The notes beneath the pieces are model-generated. The model was not told the origin of the DNA, ran no database searches, and worked only from the letters and a program-made list of their open reading frames with translations. From contig JAVHQC010000019.1 of the NCBI GenBank assembly GCA_036170915.1, forward strand, positions 1 through 64,000: DNA of 64,000 bases. Reading direction: 5' to 3'. The stretch's first letter is position 1; every line of letters begins with the position of its first letter. This stretch comes from Cyanobacteria bacterium auto_48_18 (lineage in GTDB: Bacteria; Cyanobacteriota; Vampirovibrionia; Obscuribacterales; Obscuribacteraceae). The translations under genes and the position numbers were made by a program. Shown here one piece after another: positions 40,469 through 49,356 of this stretch.

Positions 40469-41227
40469 GTGTCATTTAACAAATCCGCAATTTACCACTA
40501 TTTACTGGGAGCCTTTGTCGTACTTGTCAGTCTGCTGATTTATCTATCTGGCCCTAATTGTAAAACCCCTTTCGACGATGGCATTCCATCAACCGGCAAC
40601 TGGGAATTTGATATGCAAATGCGCGATCGACATTTCGCGAGACGACACAGTCACGAGCATGCGCTGAACTTTGTTGAACTGATTTCTCTGATGTCCAAAG
40701 AGAAATGGCGGCCCGCACTTTCAATGAATATCAAATTGCTCAAAAGACAGCCAATTGATCCGTGGATGTGGGCCTGTCGTTCTGCAATTGAATTAAGACT
40801 TGGACTCTACAAAGAGGCTCTTGCGCATGCTGAAACGGCGATAAAACAGGATGCAACTTACGACGTTGGCTACGGTGCGCGAGCAGACTGCAATTACGCA
40901 ATCGGCGTAAAACAACGTTCGCGGTCGTTAATCAAATCAGCTAGTAAAGACTATTCGAAAGCTTTATCACTAAGTCAATCTGATGATTCAGCCGTCGAAT
41001 TTCTGCTTGGATTGGCAAAGTGCCAAGTATTTCAAGAAGATTATGAGATAGCTCTTGCTACACTATCCAAAATTTCGCATTCGAACTCAACCAAGCCAGT
41101 CTTGCTGTTGCGATCTACCATTTATGAAAAGCTTGGAAGAACTCAAGATTCCACTATTGAAGAAGGTAAGGCCTTGAAACTTCCCGATCCAAAATTTTTT
41201 GGCCCAGACTGGCGTGAGCTCGATTAA
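40469..41227 (+). CDS. membrane-anchored TPR protein
   Basis: N-terminal hydrophobic segment, several TPR-like helices. Confidence 0.65.
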   Translation: MSFNKSAIYHYLLGAFVVLVSLLIYLSGPNCKTPFDDGIPSTGNWEFDMQMRDRHFARRHSHEHALNFVELISLMSKEKWRPALSMNIKLLKRQPIDPWMWACRSAIELRLGLYKEALAHAETAIKQDATYDVGYGARADCNYAIGVKQRSRSLIKSASKDYSKALSLSQSDDSAVEFLLGLAKCQVFQEDYEIALATLSKISHSNSTKPVLLLRSTIYEKLGRTQDSTIEEGKALKLPDPKFFGPDWRELD

Positions 41228-41327
41228 CTGCGACTTCCAGTAAGTATCTAAGGACAGCTATATTTGCTAGCGCTGATCAACTACCAACTTTTCAGATGTC
41301 GATATCAACCTAACTCGGAACTGAACT

Positions 41328-42356
41328 ATGTTTAAATCATCACAAGTGAATAGCAGCACTCCTTGCAAACTTGCAATCATTACACTGGCCGTCAGCATTC
41401 AGCAAATTTTTCCCAGTTTTGCTCAATCTGAGAGAACAAACGCAGGATACTATCCAGTTGTGTACGCCACAAGGGAGCTAAAGGCCGGATCCTTCATTGC
41501 AAATGTTGCTGATATCGGTAGGGTAGAAAAACGTTTAGATGACTGGAACCAGAAAGTCGCTTTTTCCCCTTCAGAAGTTTTCGGCTACAAAACAAAACGG
41601 AACATCCGAAAGAATCAAATTATTGGGCAATGTGATCTCGATTTTAAAGTCCGCTTGAAAGTTCCAACCCCTTCTCAGCAAAAGTCTGCAGATGCTGAAT
41701 ACATAACGAATACCTTTGCCACAAGAAATATAGCGGCAGGTTCATTTATTACGTCATTGGCAGACCTGGGTGTGATCAAAACACGAAAAAACAAATTTCC
41801 GACCTCAGTATTTTCGCCTCGCGAAATTCTTGGCTACAGAGTGAAAACCGGTCTGCGAAAAGACGAAGCAATTGGCTACGCAGACATTGACTTTAACACT
41901 CGACTCGATGCCCGCCCCAAGATCGCGCAGGTGCTGAACTTCAATGAACAACTAAAAGCCGCGCGTATGAAGTGGCCATCCGCCAGCGATGACTATTGGG
42001 AGTCGTTTGGACCTAAGCGGTCTGATACTCAAGATCAAGGTGGCGCGATAGTCGTTGCAACTAAAAGAATAAAAAAAGGATCGGTCATATCAAATGCTTC
42101 CGATATAGAATTGATAATAGTGCCGCAGAGTTACATACCAGCAGGCGCGATAAGTTCACCCTTTCGCGCAATAAGTGGCAAAGCCAAATATGACTTCGCT
42201 AAGAACAGCATAATTTCGATGCAGGACCTCGATTTCAGTTCACAAGTTTCAGCCGCAGAAAAGCAATTGATAAGACAGAAGGTCCGGCTTGCCGGTCACA
42301 GATGGACAGGAATTTCAGCTGATGATTTTTCAAAACAAGACCACTTGCTTAAATGA
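41328..42356 (+). CDS. exported protein with three tandem SAF-like domains
   Basis: Repeats ATRELKAGSFI, ATRNIAAGSFI, ATKRIKKGSVI, each followed by SP...G..K...(I)..DLD/DID. Confidence 0.7.
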   Translation: MFKSSQVNSSTPCKLAIITLAVSIQQIFPSFAQSERTNAGYYPVVYATRELKAGSFIANVADIGRVEKRLDDWNQKVAFSPSEVFGYKTKRNIRKNQIIGQCDLDFKVRLKVPTPSQQKSADAEYITNTFATRNIAAGSFITSLADLGVIKTRKNKFPTSVFSPREILGYRVKTGLRKDEAIGYADIDFNTRLDARPKIAQVLNFNEQLKAARMKWPSASDDYWESFGPKRSDTQDQGGAIVVATKRIKKGSVISNASDIELIIVPQSYIPAGAISSPFRAISGKAKYDFAKNSIISMQDLDFSSQVSAAEKQLIRQKVRLAGHRWTGISADDFSKQDHLLK

Positions 42357-42410
42357 ACGTATCTGGCCGGCCATTGCTATCGAAATTGCCTTGACTTTTG
42401 GGATCAAATT

Positions 42411-42809
42411 ATGAAGTCTCCAAAACGATTGATGTTTCCTCAAAAGGCCATTCTGACAGTTGTGGCTCTGGTAAGCCTCGCCATCTTTTTTAAAATTGGA
42501 TTGACAATGTTTTGTTCCCTTAGCATTGTTGTTCGCAACGTAGGTGTGACGCCGATTCACAATATTGTTCTGGATGTTTCGGGTACTAAATTTCTCGCTC
42601 CATCGCTGGCATCAGGGTCAGAAGTTGTCTTTCACCCTGAGTTGTCGCAAGAATCGGGTTTTACACTATCTTACGAAGGTAAAAAAGGAACTGTACGGGA
42701 GGCACCAAATATCTATTTGACAAGACTAGATGTTGGCGTGATCGAAATTCTTATCGACGATTTAGGAGTTAGAAATCTGCGAAATAATTCTCACGACATG
42801 TTTCACTAG
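42411..42809 (+). CDS. hypothetical membrane-anchored protein
   Basis: N-terminal TM followed by a beta-rich domain (VVRNVGVTPIHNIVLDV). Confidence 0.6.
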   Translation: MKSPKRLMFPQKAILTVVALVSLAIFFKIGLTMFCSLSIVVRNVGVTPIHNIVLDVSGTKFLAPSLASGSEVVFHPELSQESGFTLSYEGKKGTVREAPNIYLTRLDVGVIEILIDDLGVRNLRNNSHDMFH

Positions 42810-42877
42810 AGAAGTCACAGGGTGATTTTATCGGGTCTTTGACAGACACGCAAAATCAAAAACTGTCATAGGGATGG

Positions 42878-43447
42878 TTATGGTGTTCGCCGAGATGCGT
42901 CAAAATTAGGGTTTTTAGGCGGTAAGGAATTTCTACTTTTAAATTCATATATGACCGACACATCAGTGAGATTGCCGGCACTGTCGCTTGCTAAATCAAC
43001 TGATTGATATTTACCAACTAATACCGCGTAAATTCCTGATATCCCTTTCGGCCATAGCGACCATCCCTGTGTAACTCTACCATCCCTGTCTTTAAACCAT
43101 GGAGCTGGCTCTCTAAAAACAATGGCCAACCGATTCACGGGTATCGAATAATCAGCATAGTCTTTACACATGTACAAACGATCGTTTTCGTGGCCTAAAG
43201 TTAGATAGCCGACTACGGCGACGTCCTGTCCATCATATTTTTTAGCGTCATTTTTCAAATCAGATATCAAATGCCACCTGCTTTGAGTTAATTTCGACTG
43301 TACTTCATCTGGCAAGCTGAGATTATGGTCAGCAGCGTTGCTAGGAAGCAAAGCCAGCCATCCGAGAGAGATTACTAGGGTAAAGTGTCGAAGACTTTTT
43401 TTGGTCATGCTGGCGACCCTATTTTTACCATTCATAGCACCTACCAT
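42878..43447 (-). CDS. hypothetical exported protein
   Basis: Signal peptide-like segment; KKYDGQDVAVVGYL suggests an OB-fold-like start; start uncertain. Confidence 0.55.
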   Translation of the reverse strand: MVGAMNGKNRVASMTKKSLRHFTLVISLGWLALLPSNAADHNLSLPDEVQSKLTQSRWHLISDLKNDAKKYDGQDVAVVGYLTLGHENDRLYMCKDYADYSIPVNRLAIVFREPAPWFKDRDGRVTQGWSLWPKGISGIYAVLVGKYQSVDLASDSAGNLTDVSVIYEFKSRNSLPPKNPNFDASRRTP

Positions 43448-43706
43448 TATTCATGCGTACCTCTGGATTTCAGGCAACGTAGAGGCAAATCTAATTCGCC
43501 AACTTTGAAAATAATTCTTCTCACCTGCGTGTCCGCGTGTAGTTCATTATTGAAAGTACTCCATGCAAAATGTTCTGGCAAGACTCCGCAACGATTGGAC
43601 GCGACATACGTTATCGTGCCCAAAAGCCTAACTGGTACACATTTGCACCGTGATACAATCGAGATCTGTTATTCGACTCCGAGTTGTTAGGCAGTGGTAT
43701 AGCATC

Positions 43707-44072
43707 ATGACGAGGACGAAGATTGGTGGCATCGTTGTGGCAGTCGTGCTGTTGTCGTCGGCTGTTCTGCTTTTACTCGCACATCGTTCGGATACTCCAC
43801 TACAGTTTGATACCAAGGTTTGGAAGCACCAAGAAAACAGTAACGAGCGCCTTAGAATGGTTAGTGATCTCAAACCCAAATTGATGGGCATCAGGAGAGA
43901 GCAAGTCCAGCAGTTGCTTGGCACACCGAGAAAGGACTTCCTTAGGTCAGAGCCTGCACATTTTTATTACCTATTGGGAACAAAGGAAAGGCTTGGCGAT
44001 ACTGATGGTGTCTGGTTGCGCATCAAATTTGAAAAAGACCGCGTAAATGACATTCAGGTATGGCAAGATTAG
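43707..44072 (+). CDS. hypothetical membrane-anchored protein (SmpA/BamE-like pattern)
   Basis: N-terminal TM; GIRREQVQQLLGTP...YYLLG...LRIKF. Confidence 0.6.
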   Translation: MTRTKIGGIVVAVVLLSSAVLLLLAHRSDTPLQFDTKVWKHQENSNERLRMVSDLKPKLMGIRREQVQQLLGTPRKDFLRSEPAHFYYLLGTKERLGDTDGVWLRIKFEKDRVNDIQVWQD

Positions 44073-44143
44073 CATCGGCTGGTTCAGTCTATGATTGACA
44101 CGTTTTTTTGAATAACGACCAAGCCGCGACAAGGAAAAATTGA

Positions 44144-44569
44144 TTGTCTATTTTTCAAACTCATGGAACGAAGATAATGTTATCTGCTGTAGTTTTGTTA
44201 GTTATAGTCATCCTGGTAATTCCACTTTTTCAACTAACTGTGAGGGTCAAAAATAGCGGTGCCAACGCCATTACATCGGTAATTATCAAGGTTAACAATT
44301 CTGAAACCAAGTGCATTTTAGGAAGTTTAAAGCCGAACCAGAGCATAAGTTGTTACCCCAATAATCCAGGGGGCGAAGGACTGGGAATTGCATTTACAGA
44401 TAGCAAGGGTATTGTTCATCAAGCAAAAGAACTTGGGCCCTATTTGGAAGGAAATCCAGATCATATTGATGTTGAAATCACAGATAAAAACAGAGTCTTG
44501 TGGACATCTGGAAGTACTAACCAACTTTTTGAAGCGCCGAAGGTCTATGAGTCGATAGTTATTCCATGA
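44144..44569 (+). CDS. hypothetical membrane-anchored protein resembling 42411-42809
   Basis: AAGGA upstream of TTG; TM followed by VRVKNSGANAITSVIIKV. Confidence 0.6.
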   Translation: MSIFQTHGTKIMLSAVVLLVIVILVIPLFQLTVRVKNSGANAITSVIIKVNNSETKCILGSLKPNQSISCYPNNPGGEGLGIAFTDSKGIVHQAKELGPYLEGNPDHIDVEITDKNRVLWTSGSTNQLFEAPKVYESIVIP

Positions 44570-44617
44570 CTTACGATTGAACCTGCACCAGCAATACTTA
44601 AATGAGGAAAGACACAA

Positions 44618-44731
44618 ATGGATGGTGCCGTATTTCTAATTTCTATCGCGTTGCTAGTCTTTCTCAATATTCGATACTCCAAAATTCGGCGAAAATTTCA
44701 ATCCCTAAATAGACAGGGAGAAGGGAGGTAA
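44618..44731 (+). CDS. 37-aa small membrane protein (not in ORF track)
   Basis: GAGGA RBS before ATG 44618; MDGAVFLISIALLVFLNIRYSKIRRKFQSLNRQGEGR has one hydrophobic helix and a basic tail. Confidence 0.5.
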   Translation: MDGAVFLISIALLVFLNIRYSKIRRKFQSLNRQGEGR

Positions 44732-44750
44732 CTTCCTTCTCCCTGTCTAT
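44709..44750. terminator. long hairpin between convergent genes, probably a bidirectional terminator
   Basis: ATAGACAGGGAGAAGGGAG-GTAA-CTTCCTTCTCCCTGTCTAT, 19-bp stem with one G-U pair. Confidence 0.7.
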
Positions 44751-44930
44751 CTTACGTCGAACAAATCTGAGAGATTAAGTTCGCTACTTTTTACACTTAT
44801 GCGTTTGCATTTCTCGTTTTCAAAAGTTACATCAAGCGAAACAGGTTCATGCGAGTTAGGTGCTTCAAGCTTATAGCTTCTGGAGCTCCTTGATTGATCA
44901 TTGTTTGGCCAAGTTGTACTCCAAAGTTCA
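44747..44930 (-). pseudogene. 3' fragment of the gene disrupted by the IS21 element
   Basis: After removing the IS and one TCTGC, the frame of ORF 48649(-) continues ...PAQAD-ELWSTTWPNNDQ...LSDLFDVR to TAG at 44749-44747. Confidence 0.85.
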
Positions 44931-45183
44931 TCTGCTGTAGATGACGATCTAAAAGCGCTGGTATTTGCCGCTTAAGTGAATCTGCATGCCGATATATCCA
45001 CCAGCTATGTGATCGGGCGGATTGCCCTTGAGCTGGTGTTTTGAGAAAGTTATTGAAGTTTTAAACGGTGGGAACTCGTCACAACCGAGTTCCCAGAACT
45101 AAGACATCGTGCTGAAACACGGTGTCAAAGCCACTAGAGTGTCCTAGATTTGGTTGTTCTTGTCCAGCCGTTTTGCGTAATGG

Positions 45184-45681
45184 TTGGAGAAAAGCGGCAG
45201 TTATCGGTTGTTAATTTGTCTTGCCTGCAGCCTCCAGGTGAAGCTGTGCTTGCATTGTGACCGCGGCAATATCTATTGCTCCACGGAGTGCTCAGCCCAG
45301 CGCAGGCGCGAGTCTATTTCTCGTGCAAAGAGAAAGTATCAAAAGAGTTTTAAAGGGGCATTGCAGCATTCAAAGCGCCAACTGGCGTATGTTGTGCGCC
45401 GAAAGCAGAAAGTGACGGATCAGGGTTCCCTTGAAGAGGTACCGGATGTCATTGTTTTGGAGATGGCTGAAGAGACAAGTTCTCTACAACCGCAATTGGC
45501 TGAGTTGAACATTGATGAAACAGGACGCGCACCGTGCCACACATGTGGCCGCTGGTGCGGTCCCTTTGTGCGCCTTGGTCCGTTGCGGCGGAGCCGCCAC
45601 AGAAACCCAACTGGATGGAGAGAAACAAGTGACAGTAAATCGAGAAACAGAAGCCGAGGTTCTCCGGTTGTTCCACGCTGA
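45184..45681 (+). CDS. Cys-rich (putative zinc-binding) accessory protein inside the IS21 element
   Basis: CLAC-x6-CLHC-x6-CSTEC, basic helix, C-terminal CHTCGRWC; overlaps the istA start. Confidence 0.7.
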   Translation: MEKSGSYRLLICLACSLQVKLCLHCDRGNIYCSTECSAQRRRESISRAKRKYQKSFKGALQHSKRQLAYVVRRKQKVTDQGSLEEVPDVIVLEMAEETSSLQPQLAELNIDETGRAPCHTCGRWCGPFVRLGPLRRSRHRNPTGWRETSDSKSRNRSRGSPVVPR

Positions 45682-47143
45682 AAAGTGGGGACCGACAGCA
45701 ATAGCGACGCAACTTCAACTGCACCATTCAACGGTGCAGCGTGTGCTTGTGGCTGGTGGAGTACCGGCGAAGCGATTTCAAATTAGAAAAACGAAAGCAG
45801 ATTTGTACATTCCATTTATTTTAGCGACGTTAGAGAAGTATCCAAAGCTCACAGCGGCTCGGCTTTTCGGCATGGTGAAAGAGCGCGGATACGATGGTGC
45901 GCCAAGTAGGTTTAGAGCTTTGGTCGCCAATCTACGACCAAGGCCAGCTGCTGAAGCGTATCTTAGAACTTCTACGTTACCTGGAGAGCAAGCTCAATGT
46001 GACTGGGCGCATTTTGGCAAAGTCAAATTTGGCAATGCTGAGAGGCGGCTGTTGGCCTTCGTCATGGTGTTGTCGTGGTCGAGGCACATATTTGTACGGT
46101 TCTACACAGGCGATGCTATGCCGAATTTTTTGCGTGGCCATGTCGATGCGTTCAACTTTTTTGGTTCAGTGCCCCGAGAAATTTTGTACGACAATTTGCG
46201 CAGTGCTGTGCTTGAGCGCTATGGGTCGGCGATTCGGTTCAATCCCCAATTGCTCGATTTGGCGGCACATTATCATTTTCAACCGAAGCCAACGGGCGTC
46301 CGCAAACCTCAACAGAAAGGGCGCGTGGAGCGGGCAATTCAATATATTCGCCATTCGCTCTTTGCGGCACGACAGTGGACCGATTTAGAAGATTTGAATG
46401 CTCAGGCGTTGAAGTGGTGTGTAGAAGTGGCTGGTGAGCGCGATTGCCCTGGTCAAAAAGAACTGAAGGTGTTGAAAGCATTTGAAAAAGAGAAGCCATC
46501 ACTAGTGGTGCTGCCGGACAACCCGTATCCGTGTTTTGAGCGTAAAGAAGTTCAGGTGGGCAAAACTCCGTATGCGAGATTTGACCTCAATGATTACAGC
46601 GTGCCTCACAAGTATGTCAGGAGAAGCGTAACGGTGAGAGCAACACCTGATGTTGTGCGTGTTTTCGATGGAAGCGAAGAAGTGGCGCATCACATTCGGT
46701 GTTACGACAAAGGGCAACAAATCGAAGACAAGGCGCATTTGGAGTCGTTGCAGAGCTACAAAGAGGCGGCTTTGAAGCATCGGTCGATTGATATTTTGCG
46801 TCATGCTGCTCCATCGGCGCCGGAGTTAATGAAGCAGGCGGCAGAGCGTGGGCACAATCTTGGTCGCCTGACTCAAAAGCTCACTGGGTTGTTGGAGCTC
46901 TATGGTCCTGGTGAATTGGAGGCTGCAATAGTGGAGGCGCTGGCCTCTGATTCGCCACATGCAGCAGCAGTTTTGCAGTCGTTAGAGAGTCGCCGCAGTA
47001 GGCGCGGGTTATTGCCGCCGGTCGCCTTGAACTTTGGCACTAGCTCGCCGGCCAAAGACTGGATCGTGGTGCCAAAAACACTGGATGTCTACGACAGTTT
47101 TTCGCAACCGCAGCCGCAGTCAGAATCAGAAACGGAGGAATAA
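45629..47143 (+). CDS. istA: IS21 DDE transposase
   Basis: GGAG RBS + GTG 45629; N-terminal HTH; PGEQAQCDW, LYDN, KGRVER catalytic D-D-E. Confidence 0.93.
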   Translation: MTVNRETEAEVLRLFHAEKWGPTAIATQLQLHHSTVQRVLVAGGVPAKRFQIRKTKADLYIPFILATLEKYPKLTAARLFGMVKERGYDGAPSRFRALVANLRPRPAAEAYLRTSTLPGEQAQCDWAHFGKVKFGNAERRLLAFVMVLSWSRHIFVRFYTGDAMPNFLRGHVDAFNFFGSVPREILYDNLRSAVLERYGSAIRFNPQLLDLAAHYHFQPKPTGVRKPQQKGRVERAIQYIRHSLFAARQWTDLEDLNAQALKWCVEVAGERDCPGQKELKVLKAFEKEKPSLVVLPDNPYPCFERKEVQVGKTPYARFDLNDYSVPHKYVRRSVTVRATPDVVRVFDGSEEVAHHIRCYDKGQQIEDKAHLESLQSYKEAALKHRSIDILRHAAPSAPELMKQAAERGHNLGRLTQKLTGLLELYGPGELEAAIVEALASDSPHAAAVLQSLESRRSRRGLLPPVALNFGTSSPAKDWIVVPKTLDVYDSFSQPQPQSESETEE

Positions 47144-47926
47144 ATGATGAAAGATTTAAAAGAAAGAGCAAGAAGACTTGGGTTACGGGCCATCGTTGCG
47201 AACTGGGAAAAGTACGTTGGAGAGAAATGGTTAGAGCCGCTTATCGCGGCGGAGGAGAGCGAAAAAGACAAGCGTAGTCTTGAAAGAAGGCTGAGGGAAG
47301 CTTCGATTGGTGAATTTAAGCCTATGGCTGATTTTGACTGGAGCTGGCCGACTAAAATTGATCGAGAACAGGTCGAAGACTTGTTAACTCTAGATTTTCT
47401 GAAAGACCGCTGCAATATTGTGCTGCTGAGCACAAACGGGTTGGCCAAGACAATGATTGCGCAAAACCTGGCAAGCATTGCACTTGCGCAGGGTTATACA
47501 ACTAAATTTGTCAAAGCCAGTCACATGCTTAACCAGCTACTCGAATGCGATGGAGCCAGTGCTAGAAGTCGATGTCTGAAGAGATACTGTTCGCTGGATC
47601 TTCTTGTTGTTGACGAAGTTGGCTACATGAATTACGACAACAGATACGCAGACATGCTGTACGAGGTAATTTCCGGCCGCTATCAAAAGGCGTCAACCGT
47701 GATCACCACCAACAAAGGCTTCAAGCAATGGGGTGAGATCTTCCCCAATGCTGGATGTGTAGTCACTATGGTAGATCGATTGCTGCACAAATCAGAGACA
47801 GTTGTAATTGAAGGCGAGTCATATCGGCACCACGAAGCAATGGAAAGAGCTGCACTGAAGGAGGCAGAGCGCAAAGCTCGCAGAAAGAAAACAAAGGATG
47901 AACCAGCCAAAAAGGAGACCCACTAA
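47144..47926 (+). CDS. istB: IS21 helper AAA+ ATPase with degenerate Walker A
   Basis: FDWSW, LLVVDEVGY (Walker B), ITTN, WGEIF, DRLLH, GESYR; Walker A reads STNGLAKT. Confidence 0.9.
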   Translation: MMKDLKERARRLGLRAIVANWEKYVGEKWLEPLIAAEESEKDKRSLERRLREASIGEFKPMADFDWSWPTKIDREQVEDLLTLDFLKDRCNIVLLSTNGLAKTMIAQNLASIALAQGYTTKFVKASHMLNQLLECDGASARSRCLKRYCSLDLLVVDEVGYMNYDNRYADMLYEVISGRYQKASTVITTNKGFKQWGEIFPNAGCVVTMVDRLLHKSETVVIEGESYRHHEAMERAALKEAERKARRKKTKDEPAKKETH

Positions 47927-47927
47927 A

Positions 47928-48128
47928 ATGACTCTTCGTGTCCTGATGTTTTTAGAGTGTAATCGCTGTCACGCGCCGTTTGAACAAAGGTTTGTCGCTG
48001 CCAAAGTATTTCACGAAGACCTGCGTGACGAAGTACATGAAATGGTTGTAGCAGCTGAAGCTGATGAGTGGGAGTGCCGGCGGAATGCGACTGAGCATTA
48101 CTGCGCTAAATGTCTTGAACCGTACTAA
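47928..48128 (+). CDS. 66-aa putative zinc-ribbon protein inside the IS21 element
   Basis: AAGGAG RBS; CNRC ... HYCAKC; starts immediately after the istB stop and is followed by a terminator. Confidence 0.65.
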   Translation: MTLRVLMFLECNRCHAPFEQRFVAAKVFHEDLRDEVHEMVVAAEADEWECRRNATEHYCAKCLEPY

Positions 48129-48139
48129 ATCTACTCCTA

Positions 48140-48184
48140 CAGGAAAAGAAAGGCTCGGCTACACGCCGGGCCTTTCTTTTCCTG
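48140..48184 (+). terminator. intrinsic (probably bidirectional) terminator of the IS operon
   Basis: CAGGAAAAGAAAGGCTCGGC-TACAC-GCCGGGCCTTTCTTTTCCTG inverted repeat with A/T tracts. Confidence 0.8.
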
Positions 48185-48278
48185 ACACATGTCCGCCAAG
48201 CAGGCAAAAATGTCGGCGGAACTTCAAATTCAAAAAGCTTCAGCGGCACATATGCGCGCTTTTAAGCAGGCGTTAACA

Positions 48279-48649
48279 TCTGCTTGAGCCGGGGTAAGAT
48301 CTTTCATCGCGGGAATAGGACCATAGATATAACCCGGTGGATTGAAATATATTTTGCCGTTTTCGTCGATATTTAAAACTGCAACAATGTTTGACGAACC
48401 TGGTCTCCGCAAAGACGCCCTAGGCCGGAGGCCGGGTAAAAAGCCACCTTTGGGCGGCGGTTGATATAGAACACCAATATAAGGTGCTGGATCGGGCGAG
48501 TTCAGCTGCTTTCGGATAGACCAGTCTCTGATACTCGGTGTTGCTAATTCATCAGAATTTGCAGGAGACGTAACTAAGAACTGGTTTAGTACGACTATCA
48601 CAGTCAGCATGACTCTCTTCACCTGATATTCTCCACCAGACATCAGCAT
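48279..48649 (-). pseudogene. 5' fragment of an exported hypothetical gene disrupted by IS21 (reconstructed length 184 aa)
   Basis: The ORF runs into the IS right end at the TCTGC target; it rejoins 44930-44747 in frame. Confidence 0.82.
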
Positions 48650-49119
48650 TAGACTAATTTCGCTAACTCGGTAGCAAGTTCAGGCTCACAAACGAAATTT
48701 AGCCCGCTCCCATCAGATAAATACCGATGTGCGTGAAGGTCCGAAAATGTCTTTACAAAATTGTCAGGAATACTCTCTTCGAAATAGTATCTCGGAGTGT
48801 AAAACTCTTCGTCGACTTTCAACGATGCTGGAACATCAAATGCTTTAACCAGATACAACTCATCAAAGCCCGAAAAGAACGGCATTGTTAGGAAAGTGGG
48901 AACAGACCATTCCTTTATCACAACCATGGTCGAGCGAGTCTCAAAATCAATATTGTGTTCTTGGAGATTTTGGAGCGACACTCTTTCAATAGCAGGGCTA
49001 TTATCCTTGTAAGTAATAACCATATGGAGGTCTTTGAAAAACACTGGTAGTTTTTCTACTACCTGAATCAGGTCCAAATCAAGGCTTCCTATTACTAATC
49101 CGTTGATAAAGGTATGCAC
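48649..49119 (-). CDS. hypothetical protein
   Basis: Long ORF; likely GTG start at 49119 after AAGGTG; TAATG overlap with the downstream gene. Confidence 0.55.
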   Translation of the reverse strand: MHTFINGLVIGSLDLDLIQVVEKLPVFFKDLHMVITYKDNSPAIERVSLQNLQEHNIDFETRSTMVVIKEWSVPTFLTMPFFSGFDELYLVKAFDVPASLKVDEEFYTPRYYFEESIPDNFVKTFSDLHAHRYLSDGSGLNFVCEPELATELAKLV

Positions 49120-49356
49120 CAAATAAACACCTTTCGTAAGCACAAACACTTTAGTGAGTGAAAAGCACTCGCACATCAACATCGAAATAGCAGGTTCACA
49201 GACCCTAGACCTAAATGTTAGCACTATCTATGCCTGCAGAAAATTACACACAATCGGTGACACAGACCGCATTGTGAAACTGTGGGGCCCGTATTGTCTT
49301 GCAAAAAAAACAGTTGTATAGTTGATATAGATTTATCTGGAATTGGGCTGACAGCG

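Larger units (their letters stand above)
44936..48278 (+). mobile_element. IS21-family insertion sequence, 3,343 bp, with two accessory Cys-rich ORFs
   Basis: TG...CA ends; 41-bp imperfect IRs (44936-44976 vs reverse complement of 48238-48278, 28/41 identical); TCTGC duplicated at 44931-44935 and 48279-48283; istA and istB inside. Confidence 0.93.

Noticed and set aside
39250..44750. Integron cassette array explaining the run of small orphan genes
   Set aside because: No repeated attC-like sites seen in the intergenic gaps, mixed orientation and no integrase.
44959..44975. Alternative IS left end at TGGTATTTGCCGCTTAA
   Set aside because: Gives no target duplication; the end at 44936 gives a longer IR match, the TCTGC duplication and in-frame repair of the host gene.
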